Source: Patescibacteria group bacterium (GTDB taxonomy: Bacteria > Patescibacteriota > UBA1384 > XYA2-FULL-43-10). From it: 32,000 bases of DNA. The DNA is taken from assembly GCA_041674405.1 (NCBI GenBank), contig JBAYVT010000006.1, positions 1 through 32,000 of the forward strand, in the 5' to 3' direction. Under the pieces are notes generated by a model, which was not told the origin of the DNA, did no database searches, and saw only the letters and a program-made list of their open reading frames with translations. Both the position numbers and the translations under genes were made by a program. Every line of letters starts with the position of its first letter. The stretch's first letter is position 1. Positions 25,944 through 32,000 of this stretch are shown piece by piece.

Positions 25944-27442
25944 AACTTTCCTTTTTGAATTATTCTTACCTCACCTTTATCAGCATCAACTTCAATAATA
26001 TCGCCATCTTTAATTACTTCGGTGGCAATCTTGGTTCCGATAATACAAGGAATATTTAATTCTCTTGAAACGATTGCAGCGTGCGAGTTTATTCCACCTT
26101 CGTTGGTCACTATGGCACTAGCTTTTTTAACTGCGAGGATTAACTCTGGGCCAGTGGTTTCAGTAACAAGAATTTGTCCGTTTTCCATATTGGCGATTTC
26201 TTCCTGTATTACCTGAACTTTAGTCGTTAATCTGATAAGTTTTGCCTTACCTTTTGCAAAACCAAAATTGGCCGTATTGCCTCTGAAAGCATGCAAATCA
26301 CTCTCAATAACTGGTTTGACTAACCTGATTATTCCTTTTGCTTTTTCACCAGTAGCTAATTGATATGTACCACCCTCAGGAATATAAGCAAAGCTCTCTT
26401 GTCTATCTATGATTTCTTTCAGGGGAAAATTTCCTGTTTGAAAAAGTTCCTCAATTTCTTCCACAGCCATAAATTCTAACTGGTTCATTGCAATATAAAA
26501 GCGTTTGCTGATTTCTCTGAAAAGAAGAGAGATAATGCTTTCATCGCCAAAAAATGATTTATTTAAAAGTATTCGGAGCTCAAATTTCTTCTCTTGCATC
26601 TGCCTTACCACGTTCCCAAGCCAAACTATTTCAGGGGGCAGTTCCTTTTCCAGCTTCTTTTGTTCTTCTGTTAATTTAGCAGATTGGTTCACAATATCTT
26701 TAATGAAAGATTCTGATTTATCTGTATTCTGCAAATCTTCGGAGAAAAGCTCGAGCACTTCTTCAACCGTCTGGTATTTTTTGCCATCCTTGTAATTCAG
26801 AAAGCCCCACTTTTCAGCATGCGCTTTTACGAGAGAAAAACTCTTACTTTTTCTTAGTTCATCGCAGTTTTTATTAAGTATAAGCTGTTTGGTAAACCTA
26901 TCATCGTTAAGTTTTAATGCGATTTTTGACCTATCGATTTTTTCTTCAGTTAACAGATTATTTTCAGGCGGAGATGATAATAAAGCAGTCAATATGTTTG
27001 GCAAGTCTTTAGTATCAAATTTCTTTTCCAAAGCTTCGTTAATTTTTTCTTCGATTGAATCGAAAAAGAAATACTCGGTTAAGTAATAGTAATCAAGATA
27101 TTCAACAATAAGAGAAATTTGCTGAGAGAAAACCTTTAAGAATTCACCCTCAGATAAAGAGCCCAAATCTAAGTTGTCAAAATCTCGAGTTAATGAAATT
27201 ATCCTTTTGGTCAAGCCATCAATCTTTGCAAAAAGTTCATCTGTTTTTTCTTTGTCTGAATAGAGCTCTAGCCCTTTTTGATTTAGCTTATGTTCGTCTT
27301 CTGGTTTAGCATAATTTTCCCATACGCCATCTTGATAAATGAAGACAAAGTTGGCTTTGCCATAATCACTTTTTGCAACAAGGTCAGTGAAAGTAATGCC
27401 TGGACCAGGTGCAAATTTAAAAATAGAATTGTATTTGTTCAT
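25940..27442 (-). CDS. Protein with C-terminal PEP-utilizing (phosphohistidine swivel) domain and a large uncharacterised alpha-helical N-terminal region
   Basis: C-terminus GQILVTETTGPELILAVKKASAIVTNEGGINSHAAIVSRELNIPCIIGTKIATEVIKDGDIIEVDADKGEVRII matches the PEP_mobile domain with catalytic His (TNEGGxxSHAAIVSRE). Likely start MNKYNSIFKF at 27442; the track extends to 27553. Confidence 0.88.
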   Translation of the reverse strand: MNKYNSIFKFAPGPGITFTDLVAKSDYGKANFVFIYQDGVWENYAKPEDEHKLNQKGLELYSDKEKTDELFAKIDGLTKRIISLTRDFDNLDLGSLSEGEFLKVFSQQISLIVEYLDYYYLTEYFFFDSIEEKINEALEKKFDTKDLPNILTALLSSPPENNLLTEEKIDRSKIALKLNDDRFTKQLILNKNCDELRKSKSFSLVKAHAEKWGFLNYKDGKKYQTVEEVLELFSEDLQNTDKSESFIKDIVNQSAKLTEEQKKLEKELPPEIVWLGNVVRQMQEKKFELRILLNKSFFGDESIISLLFREISKRFYIAMNQLEFMAVEEIEELFQTGNFPLKEIIDRQESFAYIPEGGTYQLATGEKAKGIIRLVKPVIESDLHAFRGNTANFGFAKGKAKLIRLTTKVQVIQEEIANMENGQILVTETTGPELILAVKKASAIVTNEGGINSHAAIVSRELNIPCIIGTKIATEVIKDGDIIEVDADKGEVRIIQKGKL

Positions 27443-27488
27443 GATTGATCGTTTGTTCTTGCTCAAATTTTCTTTTGTGAAATTAATA

Positions 27489-27851
27489 TCAGTTCTCAAG
27501 CACTTCGCTAACCTTAGAGGCGAGTTTTTCCGGTTCGAATTGGGCTTTGACAAAATACTCTTTAGCGCCGAGAGATCGGGCTTTGTCGGCTGAAGCCTCC
27601 TCTGGAAGATTTGTGAGCATCATTACCGGAATTGAAGATGTTTCTTTGTTGTCTTTCAGTTTTTCTAGCACGTCGAGACCGTTTTCTTGGGGCATAATTA
27701 TATCAAGAAGAATTAAATCCGGCATTTCTTTCTCCGCCGCCTCTAGTGCTTCGATGCCATTTCCCGCGGTTATTACTTCGTGTCCAGTCAGCGCTTCCCC
27801 ATACATTCGAAGGATTGGTTCTTCGTCATCAACTATTAAGATCTTTGCCAT
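27489..27851 (-). CDS. Receiver-only response regulator
   Basis: ILIVDDEEPILRMY, DLILLDIIMP, MLTNLPEEA, and AKEYFVKAQF. No output domain in 120 aa. Confidence 0.93.
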   Translation of the reverse strand: MAKILIVDDEEPILRMYGEALTGHEVITAGNGIEALEAAEKEMPDLILLDIIMPQENGLDVLEKLKDNKETSSIPVMMLTNLPEEASADKARSLGAKEYFVKAQFEPEKLASKVSEVLEN

Positions 27852-29160
27852 TAGTCTCCTTTGTCCTTTTAGGAATATTGATTAAAATTTTGGTGCCTTT
27901 TTTGGGCTTACTTTCGATATTTAATGTGCCGCCGTGTTTTTCAATGATGGTCTTGGCAATATAAACGCCAAGGCCCGTACCTTTGTTATCGATATTTATT
28001 GCTTCTTGTGTCCGGTAAAATTTTTCCCCGATTTTAAGAAGCGCATCTTGCGGAATGCCAATTCCATTATCAGAAACGATTATATCAACTGAAATTTTCT
28101 TGTCGATAACTTCGACTGAAACTTTGCCACCCGGGGCGTATTTGATCGCATTATCCATGAAGTTAATAATTGCCTGGCCCAATTTTTCGCCATCAGCAAA
28201 AATAATTAAATTTTTATCAATTTCAGAAAGGGTAAGGGTAACTTTCGATTCTTCCGCCTTAGATTCTAAATCTTTGATGATTTTATGCATCAAGTCTGAC
28301 ATATTAACATCTTCAAGGTTTAATTTGATCTTCTCTTGCTCGATTCTTGAAATGGACAAAAGGTTATTGGTCAGTAAAACCATTTTTTCGGTCGAACTAT
28401 GAATTTCTTTTATAAATTCCGCTTGTTTTGTGCTGAGTTTCCCTTCTTTGCCAGAAATTAATAGAGAGGAGTAACCGCGGATTATTGAAAGAGGAGTATT
28501 TAGCTGGTGAGAAGTTACAGCAATAAATTCTTTATCTCTTTCAGTGAGCGCTTTTTCATATGAAACATCACGGATAACGGCAAGCGATTTTACTTTTCCG
28601 TCATTTTCGCGAATCAACGCGAAGCTTGCCTCAATGTCCGCATTTTCGCCATCTTTTGTCACGATTCTATTTTTCACGTAAGGATCGGTTCTTTTAACTT
28701 GTGGGCTTGTGAACATCAAATCTGGCAAAAGTGAGCTATTTTTTTCAGCATGAAATTTCAGAAGATTTTGGGCGAGATGCCCAAGCGCTTCTTCTTTTTT
28801 GTAGCCGGTGATTTTCTCCATGCCCGGAGAAAAATCCTCTATTCGTTGTTCATCGTCAAGCACCAATATTCCATCAGCAGAATTGTTAAATACGAGGTCG
28901 AGTGTTTTTTGGCGATTATTAATTTCTCGTTGTTTTTCGATAAGTTCCTCAGTTTTTCTCTGAGATTCTTCATAAAGAGAACGATTGTTGAGGTAGAAGA
29001 ACACGGCAGCAAGTGTACCACCGATCAAAACGTATTGAAGCAAAGAAGATGCCCTGAATGCATCAAAGCGCATAAGTATATAAATCGTCGACAGAATAAA
29101 TAAAACCCAAAAAATGGCTTCTATCGAACGTAAGAAATTATGCTTTCGTTTTTTTGGCAT
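27829..29160 (-). CDS. Membrane-bound PAS-domain sensor histidine kinase
   Basis: Two TM segments, PAS (LDLVFNNSADGILVLDDEQRIEDFSPGMEKITGY), HisKA (FIAVTSHQLNTPLSIIRGYSS), HATPase_c (NFMDNAIKYAP, SDNGIGIPQ, GTGLGVYIAKTIIEKHGG). Confidence 0.96.
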   Translation of the reverse strand: MPKKRKHNFLRSIEAIFWVLFILSTIYILMRFDAFRASSLLQYVLIGGTLAAVFFYLNNRSLYEESQRKTEELIEKQREINNRQKTLDLVFNNSADGILVLDDEQRIEDFSPGMEKITGYKKEEALGHLAQNLLKFHAEKNSSLLPDLMFTSPQVKRTDPYVKNRIVTKDGENADIEASFALIRENDGKVKSLAVIRDVSYEKALTERDKEFIAVTSHQLNTPLSIIRGYSSLLISGKEGKLSTKQAEFIKEIHSSTEKMVLLTNNLLSISRIEQEKIKLNLEDVNMSDLMHKIIKDLESKAEESKVTLTLSEIDKNLIIFADGEKLGQAIINFMDNAIKYAPGGKVSVEVIDKKISVDIIVSDNGIGIPQDALLKIGEKFYRTQEAINIDNKGTGLGVYIAKTIIEKHGGTLNIESKPKKGTKILINIPKRTKETNGKDLNS

Positions 29161-29188
29161 TTCCCTCCATAAGTATTATAATAAAATT

Positions 29189-29229
29189 AGTCCATAAAGT
29201 CGAAAGTCTATAAAGTTTGTAAAGTCAAA
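29189..29229 (+). repeat. 9-bp AGTCCATAA-type short array (copy D)
   Basis: agtccataa|agtcgaa|agtctataa|agtttgtaa|agtcaaa, upstream of a PilX-like gene. Confidence 0.75.
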
Positions 29230-29247
29230 CCGGAGAACAAATGGCTG

Positions 29248-30297
29248 ATGAAGAGGGTTAAGCAAGGAGCCAACGTGAAGTTGAGTGGTTTACTTCGAGT
29301 AAAATCGAGAGGATCTGCAATTATCATTGCGTTCTTTCTGATGGCGGCGATAGGCGGTATTGCTTTTGCTATAGGCAGGATTTTTATTCTTGATACTTCT
29401 ATTTCATCTTTGTATGAAAATGGAACAGTTGCTTACTATGCTGCTGAATCTGGAATTGAGGAAGGTATGTTGCGTTACCGTTACAACATGAACTATCAAG
29501 TGCCTGATGGGACGTCGAATGTTCGAAGATACAATCTAAGCAATGCAAGATTGAATAAATTAAGTACCGATCCTGTAGCGACATTAATCCCAAACAGCGA
29601 AAAGAAATTTTATGATTTGAATGCGATTTACAAGGCAAAATTCTATGGTGATACTGACAGAGAGGACGGTTCTTTTAATCTGCAGTTTTTCGAAAGTGAC
29701 CAGTATGGTAAAAATGGCGATGCAAAGGTTTTCCGAATCCCACGCGATGAAAGCATAAAAATTGATATCAGTAATTTTGTCGGTTCCGGAAGCAATGATA
29801 TGGACATGTATCTAAAAATGGATAATTTTGACGGACAGGATAATGGAAATTCTGATCCAGCGGACAAAACGCTGATAGAAGTGAAGGTGACCGGCACTTT
29901 TGGATCTGAACAAACAAAAACTTTTCTTGAGCGTAAAAAAGCGCTTGTTACTCCGACTACTGCTATTCCGATAGCGGATACCACCTCGAGGGTTATGCTT
30001 GCGCCAATGTTGTCACCAGTATGTAGGTATTGCTACTCTAAGGCTAACATTATTTCATCGGTAGCAGAATCTTCACTTGCAGTTAGTAACAAGGCAGAAT
30101 TATCAATCAAGCCGGTTGGCTCCGACATTTATATCGCGCTAATACCAAGAAATAGTAGAAAAATGGCTTCACCCTGGACGACTGTAAAATCAACCGGATA
30201 TTTTGGTAACGCGGCCAGAACTCTCACGGCAAATATTGACCGCCAAAGTGGTACCGTTTATGATTTATTTGACTTCGTGGTCTACAAACACAATTAG
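29248..30297 (+). CDS. PilX-like type IV pilus-associated protein (putative)
   Basis: N-terminal RGSAIIIAFFLMAAIGGIAFAIGRIFILDTSISSLYENGTVAYYAAESGIEEGMLRYR resembles PilX/minor pseudopilin N-termini (hydrophobic helix plus AxYAAESGIEEG). Confidence 0.75.
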   Translation: MKRVKQGANVKLSGLLRVKSRGSAIIIAFFLMAAIGGIAFAIGRIFILDTSISSLYENGTVAYYAAESGIEEGMLRYRYNMNYQVPDGTSNVRRYNLSNARLNKLSTDPVATLIPNSEKKFYDLNAIYKAKFYGDTDREDGSFNLQFFESDQYGKNGDAKVFRIPRDESIKIDISNFVGSGSNDMDMYLKMDNFDGQDNGNSDPADKTLIEVKVTGTFGSEQTKTFLERKKALVTPTTAIPIADTTSRVMLAPMLSPVCRYCYSKANIISSVAESSLAVSNKAELSIKPVGSDIYIALIPRNSRKMASPWTTVKSTGYFGNAARTLTANIDRQSGTVYDLFDFVVYKHN

Positions 30298-30348
30298 TGT
30301 ATAATATTAACCAATAACTAATAACTTAAATTTGTTTGTGGAGGAGAT

Positions 30349-30756
30349 ATGCCGGAGAGTAAAACAATAATGGTGGTTGATGATGATTTAACTCTTCGTG
30401 AAATGTACGAAGAGAGATTAAAGGCAGAAGGATTTGTCGTTACTGGCGCTGCCGATGGCGAGGAGGCTTACAAAAAAGCGCAAGAGGAACATCCAAGCTT
30501 AATTATTCTTGACATTATGATGCCAAAATTAAATGGCATAGATACTTTGAAAAAGCTTCGAGCAGACGACAAAACTCAAGATATTCCTGTAATTATTTTA
30601 ACTGCGCTGGTACAAGAGATAGACAAAATCAAGGAAATGATGCGCCCAAATGATTCATACCTTGTAAAATCCGAAGAAATGCCAAAAGATGTCGTCTCTA
30701 AAGTCTATATGGCTTTAAATGAAGGCGAAGCAAAAAAAGAAGAGGAAAAAGAATAG
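30349..30756 (+). CDS. Receiver-only response regulator
   Basis: IMVVDDDLTLREMYEERL, SLIILDIMMPKLNGIDTLKKLR, VIILTALVQE, and SYLVKSEE. No output domain. Confidence 0.92.
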   Translation: MPESKTIMVVDDDLTLREMYEERLKAEGFVVTGAADGEEAYKKAQEEHPSLIILDIMMPKLNGIDTLKKLRADDKTQDIPVIILTALVQEIDKIKEMMRPNDSYLVKSEEMPKDVVSKVYMALNEGEAKKEEEKE

Positions 30757-30800
30757 CACTACCACGATTTAGTCCACAGATTAACACAGATAATTCATAT

Positions 30801-30830
30801 GAAAAATCAGCCCTCGAGGGCTGATTTTTC
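30801..30830. terminator. Bidirectional terminator, 30-bp perfect palindrome
   Basis: gaaaaatcagccctcgagggctgatttttc is exactly self-complementary and lies between convergent genes. Confidence 0.85.
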
Positions 30831-30872
30831 TTTCTACAGACTAAGGACTACCAAATACGAACTAATCACTAA

Positions 30873-31130
30873 TCACTGAACAGGGACAAATGGATTATCG
30901 CGCCCATATCCGGCTTCGGTTGCGGTAACCTTCTGTCCATAATCTTTAATTTCCGTGAGTGATTTGAATTGATCGGTTTTAAGTTCAACATCTTCATTAT
31001 TGCTTGTTGTCGCGGTATCACTATTTTTCATTAGGCTGGAATAGACAAAATAGCCCAATACAATACCGGCTAGCACTACGATGCAAACTGCGTATACTGA
31101 TATTTTCTTTCCATCAAAACTATTTGCCAT
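30873..31130 (-). CDS. Small single-TM protein in the pilus cluster; C-terminal GRDNPFVP motif vaguely PilP-like
   Basis: VYAVCIVVLAGIVLGYFVYSSLM TM helix and C-terminal YGRDNPFVPVQ. Adjacent to and overlapping the pilO-like gene. Confidence 0.5.
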   Translation of the reverse strand: MANSFDGKKISVYAVCIVVLAGIVLGYFVYSSLMKNSDTATTSNNEDVELKTDQFKSLTEIKDYGQKVTATEAGYGRDNPFVPVQ

Positions 31131-31752
31131 AATAAATGTTTCCTTTCAAATCAAATTGAAGCGTGCCGGCATCAACTGAATAACCGGAAATATTTACTGA
31201 GCTTAATGATGTGAACCGGGGAAATGATGCAATTTTCTGTAAAAAAGTTTTAAATCCTGGATAGGTTGTTTTAAAGGACGTAGAAAAGGGGATTCCGGTG
31301 CCAGAGTTCTTGGCTGTTGAGGTTGCTGCGGATGGTGTGGAACTAGTGCTTTCGGAGCTAGTTTTGTTTGCACTTGTGGTTTTTTCGTCCTCTTGGACCG
31401 GAGTAGCTTTTTTGGCTACTGGCTCGGTGATAGTGAGGGTGGGAAAAACAATTGATAAATCGGTACCGAGAGCCTCCATTTGCACAACGAAATCGCTTGA
31501 ATTTTGAGTATCTGGCAATAGATTCTTAACTGTTTTTTCTACGCTATCGAGATCAGTTTTGTTTTTACTGTATTTACTTAGGTTTGAAATTGCCTCTTCA
31601 TCTTTGGCAAGCTTGGCATTATTTTGTTCCAAGGCAATACGATTGCTTTTGAGCTCGTTAATTTTGGGTATGATACCAAAAATAATCACAGCTGCAATTA
31701 ACAACACATATATTGAAAGAACATAATAGGATTTTGGAATTGAAAATTTCAT
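31120..31752 (-). CDS. pilO: PilO-like type IV pilus assembly protein
   Basis: N-terminal TM (YYVLSIYVLLIAAVIIFGIIPKINELKS), then coiled coil, then a PilO-like C-terminus (TSFKTTYPGFKTFLQKIASFPRFTSLSSVNISG...LQFDLKGNIYY). Follows a pilN-like ORF. Confidence 0.82.
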   Translation of the reverse strand: MKFSIPKSYYVLSIYVLLIAAVIIFGIIPKINELKSNRIALEQNNAKLAKDEEAISNLSKYSKNKTDLDSVEKTVKNLLPDTQNSSDFVVQMEALGTDLSIVFPTLTITEPVAKKATPVQEDEKTTSANKTSSESTSSTPSAATSTAKNSGTGIPFSTSFKTTYPGFKTFLQKIASFPRFTSLSSVNISGYSVDAGTLQFDLKGNIYYGK

Positions 31753-32000
31753 TTTTTGAATACTCCGGTAAGTGAAAAAGTGAATGTGTTAGCAGTACTA
31801 TCAAGAACGGAGGAGCCAAAAGCCACATTGGAGAAATAGTCGGAATCTTCAAGCTTGGTTTGCAACATTACTATTTCTCTTCTTGAAGGGGCAATGCCCG
31901 AAAGCGTAAGCTTTGTAGAAGCGCTATCTGTTTGCAGGGAGGTGATTTGAATTTTCTCAGGGACTGCCGCATCGAATTTTTGAAGAACATCAGTCCAATC
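31749..32000 (-). CDS. pilN: PilN-like type IV pilus assembly protein (5' partial, C-terminal 83 aa in window)
   Basis: Absent from the ORF track. Manual translation from 32000: DWTDVLQKFDAAVPEKIQITSLQTDSASTKLTLSGIAPSRREIVMLQTKLEDSDYFSNVAFGSSVLDSTANTFTFSLTGVFKK*. It overlaps the pilO start (ATGA). Confidence 0.8.
   Translation of the reverse strand, partial: DWTDVLQKFDAAVPEKIQITSLQTDSASTKLTLSGIAPSRREIVMLQTKLEDSDYFSNVAFGSSVLDSTANTFTFSLTGVFKK

Noticed and set aside
24146-27442. Ordinary PEP synthase (ppsA) broken by frameshifts or sequencing error
   Set aside because: The ATP-grasp and swivel domains are in reversed order on the strand, separated by an intact histidine-phosphatase gene, and each ORF has its own start and stop; no TIM-barrel remnant is present.
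1-32000. CRISPR array, restriction-modification, toxin-antitoxin or other anti-phage system
   Set aside because: No regularly spaced repeat/spacer structure, Cas, methyltransferase, nuclease or recognisable TA pair was found. The short AGTC arrays have no spacers.

Overview
This 32 kb window is AT-rich. Gene content and style (small pilus genes, split or fused enzymes, a giant surface protein) suggest a Patescibacteria/CPR-like genome; that assignment is inference, not tested. Main blocks: (1) 3-5314: the 3' part of a MacB-like ABC ATPase-permease fusion, then a 1.2 kaa surface protein ending in a canonical LPQTG sorting signal. (2) 5342-6430: a MazG-like gene, a GC-rich island with two tiny membrane ORFs and a 24-bp perfect palindrome, tRNA-Gln(CTG), and an unexplained cluster of tight hairpins. 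(3) 6462-20236: an apparent operon of TPR protein, 3737-aa giant surface protein with ~925-nt internal repeats, ABC ATPase and MacB-like permease. (4) 20355-23909: an isolated SIS-domain protein, a HypC-like/HydE-like radical-SAM fusion, a four-helix-bundle (S23/IVP-like) gene bracketed by inverted arrays of a 9-bp unit AGTCCATAA, and a DJ-1/PfpI protein. (5) tRNA-Glu(CTC). (6) 24146-29160 (minus): an overlapping five-gene cluster of PAS-histidine kinase, receiver-only regulator, a PEP-synthase-like phosphohistidine swivel protein, a histidine-phosphatase-superfamily protein and a PPDK N-terminal (ATP-grasp) protein. (7) 29248-32000: type IV pilus-like genes and a second receiver-only protein. 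The strongest candidates for something undescribed are the split phosphotransferase/phosphatase/two-component cluster, the HypC-HydE fusion, the giant-protein operon, the 9-bp array-flanked S23-like gene, and the hairpin cluster after tRNA-Gln. No CRISPR array, transposase or recognisable anti-phage system was found.
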